Shown: in pieces, positions 53,528-63,276 of the stretch
Layout of the letters: each line of letters begins with the position of its first letter
How positions within the stretch are numbered: the stretch's first letter is position 1
Source of the DNA: a bacterium
GTDB taxonomy: Bacteria; Planctomycetota; Planctomycetia; Kolteriales; Kolteriaceae
Reading direction: 5' to 3'
NCBI GenBank assembly: GCA_019748235.1
Contig: JAIEPU010000111.1
Location: forward strand, 1,565 to 65,564
Length of the DNA stretch: 64,000 nt
Program-made: the position numbers and the translations under genes
The notes under the pieces: generated by a model
What the model was told of the DNA's origin: nothing
The model's input: only the letters and a program-made list of their open reading frames with translations
Database searches by the model: none

Positions 53528-53962
53528 GGCGGCCTCGTCTCTTTCCACTTTGGTAACGATCGATGCTCAGACCAAACCCTCATCCGGGTAGAAGCGAGAA
53601 GTCTGCGAACCGGACGGAAAAGATCATTAATTCTCCACAGCCTCTTCATCGTTAAACGGGATCCGTCCGTCGTGGTGTAGGGTTATGGGCGGCGAACTCG
53701 ATAGGTTAAACGATGGTTCAAGCCATCCCCGTATCTTCCGCAATCTCCTCAAATCTCGCAGTCCAAGCAAATCCGGCAGAACCCGAACAATTGCTTTAGC
53801 CCGACCATCTTGCCAGCCGATCAATCATGACAAGCGGAACGAGCATCCGTCGCGCGTGGGCATTGCAGGGAGATTCAACCCTCCCCTGGCTCATGAACGA
53901 TGGAAGGGATCGATCGCGGGCCTCATTTGATCTGTCCGCGATTTCGTCAAAGGAAGTGCATT

Positions 53963-55516
53963 ATGGCGCAGGGAAGCCGCCTTGCTCGGTGGGCTTATAG
54001 ACTCCTCGGTCCTGCCGTGATGGTACTCGGCGTGGGATGGACGTTGGCGTCGGTAAAGGCGGACAACCTTCTCATTTGGGAGGGGAACGGCGATACCACG
54101 CTGCCGACCGTCATGCAGTCGGAGCTCGAGGCGGTCCCGGCCGAGAGCCAGCCTCAGCAGAAAACGAGCAACTCCATCGTCGAACCGACTCCCGTCGACG
54201 ATCAAAACTTCGCCGGCGAAATCGTCGATCCCTCGTCATCGATCGGAGCGATCAGCCAGCAGGGAGGCCAACAAATCGGCCTCGGCTCACTGGGAAATAT
54301 GTCGGTCTACGGCGGTGGTGGTGGAGTTGGTGCACGACTGTTTGGCAACTACGGAACGGGTTTCATTCGTGACGTCAGCGCGGGGGTCTTCGGCAATCCG
54401 AACCAAACGGTCTATAACGGCGGTACGACGCTCAAGCTCTTCGAGACCGACGGGGCCGTCCTCATGACCCGCGGACTTTTCGGCGTGGTCAATGATTCCT
54501 ATCTGGGCCAATCAAACTTCACTTATTCGGTCGACAGCTATGCCAGCCTTCGTCTTCGTAGCTACGGCGGGGCAGAGCATTGGCTCAAATTCGGTGGTTT
54601 CGTGGATGATCAGAACCACTTTGGCAAAGCCGGCCCGATGTTCGGTGCCCTGCTCTTTGCCAACGAGAGATTCCCAGTCACTTTCGACGGAGCGGTCGGA
54701 TTCGGTTATGGTAGCCCCATTGATCAATTCCCCGCCACGACGAATGTGATCAGCGTGGCCGCTCGCGACTATCAACTCCGCGTCGGTACTTATCTCGCTC
54801 CACGACTTCAAGTTGGTATGTCCAGCATGATTGCCGACTGGGGTAGCGGACCAGACAACCGAAATTGGGGACTAGGTGCATTCACGAACTTTTACCTCTT
54901 CAACCGAACGATGGTTCGCCTCGACTTCACCAGCGGCGACGCCGGGTTCCGCGGCTATGCCATGCTTTCCTACCTGTTCGGACCTGGCCCGTCGGTCCAG
55001 ACCGATGGACTTTGTCGCGTCGACGGCAAGGATTGGGCGATGCAGCCGGTCAATCGCGATGTAGCCGTACAGCTCAAGGAGAGAAACGTCCCCTTCGCCG
55101 ATCGCTTGAACGTAACGGCGACAGTGATTTCTCCACCACGGCAAGCACTCTGCACGGGTAACCCGAACGGTATCGTCGAAGCGGGCGAATGCTTCGAATT
55201 GAATCTCGCTGTTCAGAACCCAACGACGGTGGCGGTTTCGAACGTGAGCGTGGGACAAAGTCCGTCGACGAGTGGAAGTGCGGGAGCTTCACCGCAGGGT
55301 ATCAGCGGCGCCACCTTCCCGAACCTCCCCGCTGGGGGCACGGTGCAGACGGATCAGCTCACCGATATCAACATCAATGTGCCAGGATCTGCCGCAAGCG
55401 GCTCGACGATCTTCGTCACATTTGATTTGACCGTCGACAATGTTACCCGTCGCATGACGGTCGGCCCCATCGTCGTCGGCCAAACGACGACCGGCACCAG
55501 CTATGCTGCGAATTAA
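53963..55516 (+). CDS. Secreted hypothetical protein: putative beta-barrel-like central region plus a C-terminal Ig/CARDB-like domain
   Basis: Signal peptide (LLGPAVMVLGVGWTLASVKA-DN). The Gly/aromatic-rich alternating segments (YQLRVGTYLAPRLQVGMSSMI, WGLGAFTNFYLFNRTMVRLDF, GFRGYAMLSYLF) suggest amphipathic strands. The C-terminal part (GECFELNLAVQNPTTVAVSNVSV...) looks CARDB-like. Confidence 0.45.
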   Translation: MAQGSRLARWAYRLLGPAVMVLGVGWTLASVKADNLLIWEGNGDTTLPTVMQSELEAVPAESQPQQKTSNSIVEPTPVDDQNFAGEIVDPSSSIGAISQQGGQQIGLGSLGNMSVYGGGGGVGARLFGNYGTGFIRDVSAGVFGNPNQTVYNGGTTLKLFETDGAVLMTRGLFGVVNDSYLGQSNFTYSVDSYASLRLRSYGGAEHWLKFGGFVDDQNHFGKAGPMFGALLFANERFPVTFDGAVGFGYGSPIDQFPATTNVISVAARDYQLRVGTYLAPRLQVGMSSMIADWGSGPDNRNWGLGAFTNFYLFNRTMVRLDFTSGDAGFRGYAMLSYLFGPGPSVQTDGLCRVDGKDWAMQPVNRDVAVQLKERNVPFADRLNVTATVISPPRQALCTGNPNGIVEAGECFELNLAVQNPTTVAVSNVSVGQSPSTSGSAGASPQGISGATFPNLPAGGTVQTDQLTDININVPGSAASGSTIFVTFDLTVDNVTRRMTVGPIVVGQTTTGTSYAAN

Positions 55517-55560
55517 TGCATGATCGACATTCGCCAGTAATGAGCGGTGGATAAATCATG

Positions 55561-55595
55561 AAAGCCGGGTCTTCGGGCCCGGCTTTGTTCATTTC
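55561..55595 (+). terminator. Intrinsic terminator between convergent genes (possibly bidirectional)
   Basis: AAAGCCGGG-tcttcggg-CCCGGCTTT followed by GTTCATTTC. An A-run lies on the 5' side, so it could also serve tsf on the other strand. Confidence 0.6.
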
Positions 55596-55755
55596 TAACA
55601 GCCAATCTCGGCTTCGGTGACATGATTGTTTCACCTATGATCCATTCGCTGACCCCCGCGTTGATGACGACTGAGTCCAACCCAAGAAATGCCAACGCCG
55701 ATCGAGATCTCTCGCGATCGGCGATGATGTTCAAGTATCGAAAGAGCCCAAAAGC

Positions 55756-56376
55756 TTAGGCTTCAGCAGCAGGAGCGGAACCTTCGCCAACCTTGAAACG
55801 AGCGAAACGCGAAATCGTGACGTTTTCGCCGAGCTTCGCGATGTGCTCTTCGATGACTTGCTGAACGGTCTTTTTCTTTGACTCGTCCTTGACATAGATC
55901 TGATCGAGCAGGACCCGCTCTTCGAAGTACGTCTTCATCTTTCCTTCGGCGATTTTCTCGGCCACCTCGGGAGGCTTCCCTTTGATCTCCGACATGTGAT
56001 GCGTCTTGATGTCGGCAACAAGCTTCTGATCGAGCTGATCCCGACGAATGACTTCGGGGTTCAACGCCGCGATATGAAGAGCAATCCCCTTCGCGAGCGC
56101 ACGGAAGTCCTCGTTCCGGGCAACAAAGTCAGTGTTGCAGTTGAGCTCGACCATCACGCCGAGCTTGCCGTCGAAGTGGATGTACGTTTCGATCACCCCT
56201 TCCGAGGTGGCGCGTCCCGAGAGCTTGCCCGCCTTGGCCAAGCCGCGCTTGGCGGCCTCGGCCTTAGCCTTCTCGAAATCGCCGTTGAACTCGGCGAGGA
56301 TCTTCTTGCATTCCATCATTCCGAGGCCCGTCAACTCGCGGAGCTGCTTGACGGCTTCGGCATTCGAAAGAGCCAT
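55756..56376 (-). CDS. tsf: Translation elongation factor Ts (short form)
   Basis: The UBA-like N-terminus VKQLRELTGLGMMECKKILAEFNGDFEKAKAE and the core motif GVMVELNCNTDFVARNEDF are diagnostic of EF-Ts. Confidence 0.9.
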   Translation of the reverse strand: MALSNAEAVKQLRELTGLGMMECKKILAEFNGDFEKAKAEAAKRGLAKAGKLSGRATSEGVIETYIHFDGKLGVMVELNCNTDFVARNEDFRALAKGIALHIAALNPEVIRRDQLDQKLVADIKTHHMSEIKGKPPEVAEKIAEGKMKTYFEERVLLDQIYVKDESKKKTVQQVIEEHIAKLGENVTISRFARFKVGEGSAPAAEA

Positions 56377-56581
56377 GATTTTGTTCCCCCAATCCAATGG
56401 TGTTCGCGTTAAATGAAAAGGCTTCCCTCGCGGAGGGAATCAGCCTCAATGAGACTGAAACCGTTCTCTGCGTTCAGGAAGACCATTTCGAATTCCGATT
56501 TGCTGCAGACGGCAGCTTCATGAAGTGGCGGGAGAACGCAGACCGCGTCGCTCCCACCGAGTAAATTTTCGCCGCCAGAAA

Positions 56582-57433
56582 CTAGCCTTCGGCTGCCGGA
56601 GCCTCAGGTTCTGCTGCGGGGGCCTCAGCCGGAGCAGCGGGTTCCACTGGAGCGGCCGCTACAGGAGTGCTCGGGAGCGACTCCTTCATCACGACAGGCT
56701 CATGGGCCTTCGTGAAGTCATTTTGCAACTTCTCGACTTGATCCTTCGGAAGCTGATTGAAGCCCTCCTTGATTGCCTGGGCCAATCGCTCGAGGACGAG
56801 ATCGATCGCACGAACGCTGTCGTCGTTTCCTGGAATTACCAGGTCGATCGCGGTCGGGTCGCTGTCGGTATCGACAAGAGCGATCACCGGAACACCCATC
56901 TTTCGGGCTTCCCGAATCGCCGTCGCTTCCTTGTGGGCATCGATGACGATCATTGCGCCGGGCATTCGATTCAAGGTACGAATACCAGAGAGGTTACGAC
57001 GAATCTTGCGAAGCTCGCGGAGTAGGGTCGACTTCCGCTTCTTGCTGTACGCGTGAATTTCGCCGGTTCGGAGTAGGCTCTCGAGCTCTTCCAAGCGGCG
57101 GAGTCGGCTACGAATCGTCCGGAAATTGGTGAACATTCCACCAATCCAGCGTTCGGAGACATAGGGCATCGAGCAGCTCGTCGCGACCCGTTGAACCGAT
57201 TCTTGGGCTTGTCGCTTCGTGCCGACGAAGAGAATGAGCGAGCCTTGGGCGGCAACCTTTGACAGGAATCGGTACGCCCGGATCAGGCCACGCACCGTTT
57301 CCCGCAAGTCAATGATATGGATGAGGTTACGCTTGCCATAAATGTAATCCCGCATGCGGGGATTCCATCGGCTTGACCGATGGCCGTAATGTACACCGGC
57401 TTCGATTAACTCGTCCACATGAACGATCGGCAC
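56582..57433 (-). CDS. rpsB: 30S ribosomal protein S2 with a Pro/Ala/Glu-rich tail
   Basis: [35 protein letters not shown]... is canonical S2. The GTG start is preceded by GGAGA. The tail is [27 protein letters not shown]. Confidence 0.95.
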   Translation of the reverse strand: MPIVHVDELIEAGVHYGHRSSRWNPRMRDYIYGKRNLIHIIDLRETVRGLIRAYRFLSKVAAQGSLILFVGTKRQAQESVQRVATSCSMPYVSERWIGGMFTNFRTIRSRLRRLEELESLLRTGEIHAYSKKRKSTLLRELRKIRRNLSGIRTLNRMPGAMIVIDAHKEATAIREARKMGVPVIALVDTDSDPTAIDLVIPGNDDSVRAIDLVLERLAQAIKEGFNQLPKDQVEKLQNDFTKAHEPVVMKESLPSTPVAAAPVEPAAPAEAPAAEPEAPAAEG

Positions 57434-57558
57434 GACCTATCTCCGTTCCAACAGCGCTCTACAAACGAGCCAAGAGGAGGCATCGTCAGGAACCGGGAAG
57501 ACCGCTATACCCAAAAACGACTTCCACGGCAGTTCCATGGACGGGCAATCTTAGGGAG

Positions 57559-58692
57559 ATGAACAACTTGCGTCCAATCGAGGCTCGGTTTTCTCGCGCT
57601 AATCCTGATCGGTTCCCGGAGCGGCGCGATCGTTTGACTCGAATGATTGTGCGGAAATCACTGGCAGGATTCCTTGTTACGGATTCCGCCAACGTTCATT
57701 ACCTGACCGGATTTCGGGGGGAAGATAGTTGGCTTTTTCTCTCAAAGAATGAAGCGGTGATTCTTTCTGATAGCCGTTTCACGGACCAAATTGCCGAAGA
57801 GTGCCCCGGTCTGGAGGCCCAAATTCGGAAGGCAGGCCAGAGCCTCATCAGCATGGCGGCTGATCGGGCAGAGTCGATCGGTTCACAAATTGGATTCGAG
57901 AGCCGGGCGGTCAATGTTGCTGATTGGAGCGATTTAAAGGAACGGTCCCCCGCTGCGGAGTGGATCCCGACGAACGGCCTCGTAGAGGAACTCCGCGTCA
58001 TCAAGGACAAAGATGAACTCGATTCACTTCGGCATGCGGTCTCGATCGCCGAGCGGGCGTTCACGGTCTTGCGGGCATCCCTACGTCCTTCGGACACGGA
58101 AAAGGATCTGGCCAATCGTTTAGATGCCACGATCCGAAGCCTGGGAGGGGAGTGCTCCGCGTTTCCGCCGATCTGCGCGGTCGGGGGACGGGCCGCCCTC
58201 CCCCATGCGATTCCCACGGATCATCGTTGTGAGGAAAGCCCACTCCTACTCGTGGATTGGGGTGCCCGGCGAGATATGTATAACAGCGACATGACAAGGG
58301 TACTGGTCACCGGCAAGCCAAATGCAAAGCTGTCAAAGGTCTATGGCGTCGTTCTAGAGGCACAATTAGCAGCGATTGATGCTATTCGCCCTGGCGTGAA
58401 CGCCGGGGAGATTGACAAGATTGCACGTCAGAAGATTGATCAAGCGGGCTACGGACGATACTTTGGCCACAGCCTAGGACATGGTCTTGGCCTTCGCGTC
58501 CACGAAGCTCCCGGTTTGCGAGCGGGGAATGATACTCCTCTTCGCCCTGGAATGGTCATTACCGTAGAACCAGGAATCTATTTGAAAGATTGGGGCGGTA
58601 TTCGAATCGAAGATGATGTACTAGTCACCAAACATGGTCATGAAGTCATCACCTCGGTCCCTAAACAGTTTGAAGAAATCTGTCTCGTCTGA
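57559..58692 (+). CDS. pepP: Xaa-Pro aminopeptidase / M24 family metallopeptidase
   Basis: Pita-bread fold motifs: [54 protein letters not shown]. The upstream part of the ORF (57373-57558) overlaps rpsB and was discarded. Confidence 0.85.
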   Translation: MNNLRPIEARFSRANPDRFPERRDRLTRMIVRKSLAGFLVTDSANVHYLTGFRGEDSWLFLSKNEAVILSDSRFTDQIAEECPGLEAQIRKAGQSLISMAADRAESIGSQIGFESRAVNVADWSDLKERSPAAEWIPTNGLVEELRVIKDKDELDSLRHAVSIAERAFTVLRASLRPSDTEKDLANRLDATIRSLGGECSAFPPICAVGGRAALPHAIPTDHRCEESPLLLVDWGARRDMYNSDMTRVLVTGKPNAKLSKVYGVVLEAQLAAIDAIRPGVNAGEIDKIARQKIDQAGYGRYFGHSLGHGLGLRVHEAPGLRAGNDTPLRPGMVITVEPGIYLKDWGGIRIEDDVLVTKHGHEVITSVPKQFEEICLV

Positions 58693-58729
58693 TCACTCGC
58701 CGGCACGCGGCGGAAAGGAACTGTGAAGA

Positions 58730-59227
58730 ATGGACAACCAGGGAGAAGGTTCGGAATCGAGCTGGTTTGATTTGTCCCGCATCAAGCAACTCGTGCGTCT
58801 CATGCGCGACAACGATCTCAGCGAGATCGACATGCAGCAGGAGAACTCCCGACTTCGGCTTCGGCGTGGCACCACTCAAGTGGTGGCCGCTGCCCCCGCG
58901 CCGGTCCCAGTTGCCGCCGCTCCCGCCGCGCCCGTTCCTTCGACCGAACCGGCAAGTGCGGCGAAACCTGCTGCCGCATCGAGTTCGCTGACCGAGATCA
59001 AATGCCCAATCGTCGGGACTTTCTACGCCGCCTCAAGCCCTGACGTGGAAGCGTTCGTCAAGGTCGGTAGTCGAGTCAATGCGGACTCGGTCGTATGCAT
59101 TGTCGAAGCGATGAAAGTCTTTAACGAGATTCAGGCGGGGTGCTCGGGAACGATTCGTGAGATTCTCGTCGAGAATGGCGCACCGGTCGAATACGGACAA
59201 GTTTTGTACCGAGTCGAAGCGGGCTAA
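58730..59227 (+). CDS. accB: Acetyl-CoA carboxylase biotin carboxyl carrier protein
   Basis: Pro/Ala linker followed by a biotinyl domain with the [14 protein letters not shown] (EAMK) biotinylation motif. Confidence 0.9.
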   Translation: MDNQGEGSESSWFDLSRIKQLVRLMRDNDLSEIDMQQENSRLRLRRGTTQVVAAAPAPVPVAAAPAAPVPSTEPASAAKPAAASSSLTEIKCPIVGTFYAASSPDVEAFVKVGSRVNADSVVCIVEAMKVFNEIQAGCSGTIREILVENGAPVEYGQVLYRVEAG

Positions 59228-59500
59228 ACTGACATCCGGGCGGCGAACGAAATCCCGGCGTGCGAGCCGATAACGGATTGTCCGCCGAGCCAATCTTCGA
59301 TCTCTCGGTTGCCGTCGCAACGACAATGGGAGACGAGTGAAGCCGGTGAGTCATCATCGACCTGTGCCGACTTTACGCATTCATGTCGAGTCGACACGGG
59401 AAACGATCGTAGGTTGCCAACACGGGGCACGCCCCCGACTTTATGTCTGATCTGGCGGGCGGCATCGGCTGCCTCGAATTCAACCCGGGCGAGGAAGAAC

Positions 59501-60853
59501 GTGTTCCAACGAATCCTTGTGGCAAACCGCGGCGAGATTGCACTTCGAGTCATCCGTGCCTGCAAAGATCTCGGCATCCAAGCGGTTGCCGTCTATAGCG
59601 AAGCAGACCGTGGCGCGCCCTACTTGCGGCTGGCGGACGAGACCATTTGCATCGGTCCAGGCCTCTCGGCGGAAAGTTATCTGAATATTCCCCGTATCAT
59701 CGCGGCTGCTGAGATTGCCGATGTTGAAGCGATTCACCCCGGTTATGGATTCCTTTCGGAGAACCCTCGTTTCGCCGAGGTATGCCGTTCCTGCAACATC
59801 GCCTTCATCGGCCCTTCGCATGAGTCGATGAAGCTCCTCGGAAACAAGTCCGCCGCGCGAGAACTCGCCATCGCGAATAAAGTCCCGGTCGTTCCGGGAA
59901 GCGACGGTCCGGTCAAGGAGGAGCACCGGGCGATTGAGATTGCCCACCAGATCGGTTTCCCCGTGCTCATCAAGGCGGCAGCGGGAGGTGGCGGTCGCGG
60001 CATGCGAATCGCCAGAAACGACAGCTCTCTCCGAACTGCTCTTCAGCAGGCGAGCGCCGAGGCCGAAAACGCGTTCAAGGACGGTACCGTCTACATCGAG
60101 AAGCTTGTCGAATACCCGAGACACGTGGAAGTACAGGTCATCGCGGATTCGCACGGTAATATCGTCTACCTCTACGAGCGCGACTGCTCCCTCCAGAGAC
60201 GATACCAGAAGCTTGTCGAGGAGAGCCCCGCGCCAGGTTTACCCCCCGAAGTGCGAAAGGCCATGTGCGAGGCTGCGGTGAGGCTCCTGCGGGCGAGCAA
60301 CTACGTGAACGCGGCGACCTGCGAATTCCTGCTCGCACCGAACATGGAGTTCTACTTCATCGAGGCGAACACCCGTGTTCAGGTCGAACATCCGGTGACT
60401 GAACTGGTCACCGGTGTCGACATCGTCCGAGAACAGATTCGCATCGCGGCGGGACTTCCGCTTTCGTTCAAGCAGGAAGATATCAAGCTTCGCGGCGCAG
60501 CCATCGAATGCCGAATCAATGCCGAAGATCCCGACCATAATTTCCGACCGTCGCCAGGCCTCATTGAGGAATTCATTGTGCCAGGTGGGTTCGGCGTGCG
60601 AGTCGACACGCACGCGGCGGCAGGTTATCGCATTCCGCCAAATTATGATTCACTCGTAGCGAAATTGCTCGTGCATCAGCCGACGCGAGAAGAAGCAATC
60701 GCCTGCATGCGTCGGGCGCTCGATGAATTCACGATCAAGGGAATACACACGACGATTCCGATCCACCGTCGCATCATGCGTGACAAGGCATTCAACGACG
60801 GTAAAGTCGACACGACGTACCTTGAGCGGACCTACTTTCCACCGACGACGTAA
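59501..60853 (+). CDS. accC: Acetyl-CoA carboxylase biotin carboxylase subunit
   Basis: (V)[21 protein letters not shown] is the conserved N-terminus. The GTG at 59501 has GAGGAAG upstream. ATP-grasp motifs are present ([32 protein letters not shown]). Confidence 0.93.
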   Translation: MFQRILVANRGEIALRVIRACKDLGIQAVAVYSEADRGAPYLRLADETICIGPGLSAESYLNIPRIIAAAEIADVEAIHPGYGFLSENPRFAEVCRSCNIAFIGPSHESMKLLGNKSAARELAIANKVPVVPGSDGPVKEEHRAIEIAHQIGFPVLIKAAAGGGGRGMRIARNDSSLRTALQQASAEAENAFKDGTVYIEKLVEYPRHVEVQVIADSHGNIVYLYERDCSLQRRYQKLVEESPAPGLPPEVRKAMCEAAVRLLRASNYVNAATCEFLLAPNMEFYFIEANTRVQVEHPVTELVTGVDIVREQIRIAAGLPLSFKQEDIKLRGAAIECRINAEDPDHNFRPSPGLIEEFIVPGGFGVRVDTHAAAGYRIPPNYDSLVAKLLVHQPTREEAIACMRRALDEFTIKGIHTTIPIHRRIMRDKAFNDGKVDTTYLERTYFPPTT

Positions 60854-60883
60854 AGATGTGTGCGATTTTCAGCGAAACGCATT

Positions 60884-60912
60884 CAGCGGCCATTTGAGGC
60901 CGCTGTTTCTTT
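60884..60912 (+). terminator. Intrinsic terminator after accC
   Basis: CAGCGGCC-atttga-GGCCGCTG followed by TTTCTTT. It lies between the convergent accC and FHA genes. Confidence 0.6.
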
Positions 60913-60916
60913 AGGT

Positions 60917-63052
60917 TTAGGCTGCCTGACCGAGATTCGGTTCCAGGTAACTGACCGCGATCGATTCCAGTTCGCCGCGCAGCTTCTCTAGTTCTCGCTG
61001 ATATTGCCGACGCTCCTCTTCCCAGCTCTTGGCACGGTGGGTCTGATCAAGTTTCATTGCCGCGAGCGTCGTCTTCAATTGGTCGAGTTCGTCGTCCTTG
61101 GACGGATTTGCACCCATCGACGAAAGCGATCGGCCGGCGATGATCTCACGCTCGATGGATTCAAGCGATTCTGAAATTCGCGACTCCAGATTCACCCAGC
61201 GTTGTTCATTCTGGCGTCGGCGTTGAAGAAGCGTTTCCCGCTCATCAGCAAACCTTGGATTGAAGGGATCGGACTGAGCCGAACGGCGAAGATCTTCCTC
61301 GCTCCGAACAAGCTCCATCGCGCTAATCTCTTGCCTCAAGATTTCAAGGCGCGCCTCGCGTCGCATGAGGTCACCGATTCTTGACAGAACGCGGCGTCTG
61401 TCCTGACGCACTTCCTCACGATCTCGGCGGAACCGCTCCATTCGACGCCGATGATGCAACACGAGATGGGAACGCTTCTGGTTGAGCCGATTCCACTCGT
61501 CTCGAAGCGCGGCTTGATCAGAAAGCTTCGTCTCCTCCCATGCCGCCCGTTCGACCAGCCATGCGGCTCGCTCTGATTCAAAAATCTGCTTTGTGACGGC
61601 CAGCTTTCCCTCGTGATCCGTCACTTCTCTCTCGCGGCGCTCGATCTCTTCCAACCGTGGGGTAATCGTTTTTTGCTCGCACTCATCAAGCTCTTTTTGC
61701 CGCTGCTTGAGATGGCGGGCAAAATGGACGAGTCGACGGCGCTCCTCCGCAATGCGACGATTGCCGATTTCCACCTGGCTCGCGCTCTCTTCGATTTCGG
61801 CCGTCATCTTTTCGATGTGGCGAGCAAGTTGCTCTAGTTGAGCAACTTCTACTGCCATGGGTGCGGAAGTCGAGATTTCAGTACTCGTCGGTCGCGGGTT
61901 TTCTCCCGACGCACGTCTTCGCTGAAGATCGGAAAGGAGAATACGTTCGTTGTCGATTCGGCGGGTCAAGCCGGCCAGTTCATGAGCGCGTATTTCAAGC
62001 TGCCGTTCGATTCGGGATCTGGTTTGTTCGAGCCGGCTCTCTTCGTTCTTGACGGATTCCGCGCGTCGATCAAGTTCCGACTGATCCCGCTGTAGCTTTT
62101 GAATCAATCGAGCGGTCGATCGAAGAGATCGCCGGTTTGCCTCTTCCTCGGTTTGCCTGGTCTTTTCCGCCTCGCGACGAAACCGGACGATAGTCTCTCG
62201 GTCAATGGACAGACGACGAAGCGATTCCGCGAGATCGCGCTGCTCCCCGTCAAGTTCCTTCTGACGAGTGTTGATGTCGATGCGTGCTTGGGTCCACTCC
62301 GATTCAAAACGAAGTCGCTGCGCGGTCAGTGCTCGCTCCGCGGAGAAGACTCGTTCCTCGGCAGCGACACGACGTTCCTCGATCTGCTTTTTCTCTGCCG
62401 CTAGCCGACTGAGCCATGTTTCGCGGTCCGCTTCAAACTCCGCCCGAGCTAAGTCAATTTGCGTTTGACGCTTGGCGAGTTCCGTAATCACCGCGCGACG
62501 AGGGTCGGTCGGGTCGTGCGGGAGATTGGAAAGAGACGGCGGAACCTGAAAGGGACCGAGGTGGAAATTGATCATCACTCCACCAATGGCGATCACGTCC
62601 CCCTCGCTCAGAACGGAGGATCGCGTGGATTTCCCATTCACCTCGATCGCGCCCGAGGGAGTTTCTGCTTGTACCGACCAACGGCCATCTGCGAACGCAA
62701 TCACTGCGTGCCTAGGCTGGATCGCTGAGCCACCCAAGCGAATATGAGATTCGGAAGATCGACCGATGCGGGTGGGATTCAGAAGACGAAAACTTTGCTT
62801 CGTCCCGGTAACCTCGAGCGTGATCGTCGCCTCGACTTGTCGCGTCGAATGGATGGGCGGATGCTTCAACACCATTGGGTGCAGTCCTCTAGGAGCAGTG
62901 ACCGGCTTTCTCAAAGTCGTCCCCTGTCCAAACGCCGAGGCGTTGAGCACGAGAGAGAAAGCGGCCTTATCCTGCCATCGACCGATCTGCCCATCCTGAT
63001 TCAAAGCAATCGCCCCTCCTTTCCAACGGATTCGATGCCACCTCCGGGTCAT
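60917..63052 (-). CDS. FHA-domain protein with a ~500-aa Arg/Glu-rich coiled-coil
   Basis: The FHA core is TRIGRSSESHIRLGGSAIQPRHAVIAFADGRWSVQAE...VNGKS...LSEGDVIAIGGVMINF (about 62558-62815). The rest has heptad-like, highly charged sequence. The start is uncertain (M1 or M60). Confidence 0.75.
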   Translation of the reverse strand: MTRRWHRIRWKGGAIALNQDGQIGRWQDKAAFSLVLNASAFGQGTTLRKPVTAPRGLHPMVLKHPPIHSTRQVEATITLEVTGTKQSFRLLNPTRIGRSSESHIRLGGSAIQPRHAVIAFADGRWSVQAETPSGAIEVNGKSTRSSVLSEGDVIAIGGVMINFHLGPFQVPPSLSNLPHDPTDPRRAVITELAKRQTQIDLARAEFEADRETWLSRLAAEKKQIEERRVAAEERVFSAERALTAQRLRFESEWTQARIDINTRQKELDGEQRDLAESLRRLSIDRETIVRFRREAEKTRQTEEEANRRSLRSTARLIQKLQRDQSELDRRAESVKNEESRLEQTRSRIERQLEIRAHELAGLTRRIDNERILLSDLQRRRASGENPRPTSTEISTSAPMAVEVAQLEQLARHIEKMTAEIEESASQVEIGNRRIAEERRRLVHFARHLKQRQKELDECEQKTITPRLEEIERREREVTDHEGKLAVTKQIFESERAAWLVERAAWEETKLSDQAALRDEWNRLNQKRSHLVLHHRRRMERFRRDREEVRQDRRRVLSRIGDLMRREARLEILRQEISAMELVRSEEDLRRSAQSDPFNPRFADERETLLQRRRQNEQRWVNLESRISESLESIEREIIAGRSLSSMGANPSKDDELDQLKTTLAAMKLDQTHRAKSWEEERRQYQRELEKLRGELESIAVSYLEPNLGQAA

Positions 63053-63276
63053 GACAACCTTGCCACTTGTGACGAAAGAGAGGACGGAATCGACGAGGGA
63101 AGAATGGAGGGCGTTCGCCCAACAGCGTCTCCTGGAGCGGGAGAATCAGCACCATCGAGCAAATTCGCCCGGGACGGCCGGAGTAGTCATAGAAAGGAAC
63201 TTGAAGAAAGGAACTTGAGTCATCGGATCGAGAAGAGTCGTTTTAGAACGAGCAATGGCAAAAGGTTTCCGTCGCA

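Noticed and set aside
57373-57558. Upstream part of the pepP ORF overlapping the rpsB start on the other strand.
   Set aside because: The translation is Arg/Pro-rich nonsense and overlaps rpsB coding sequence. Creatinase/prolidase-type N-domain similarity starts only after the ATG at 57559.
59309-59500. 64-codon N-terminal extension of accC in the ORF track.
   Set aside because: The conserved biotin carboxylase N-terminus starts at the GTG at 59501 behind a good SD. The upstream translation ([30 protein letters not shown]...) has no AccC-like character.
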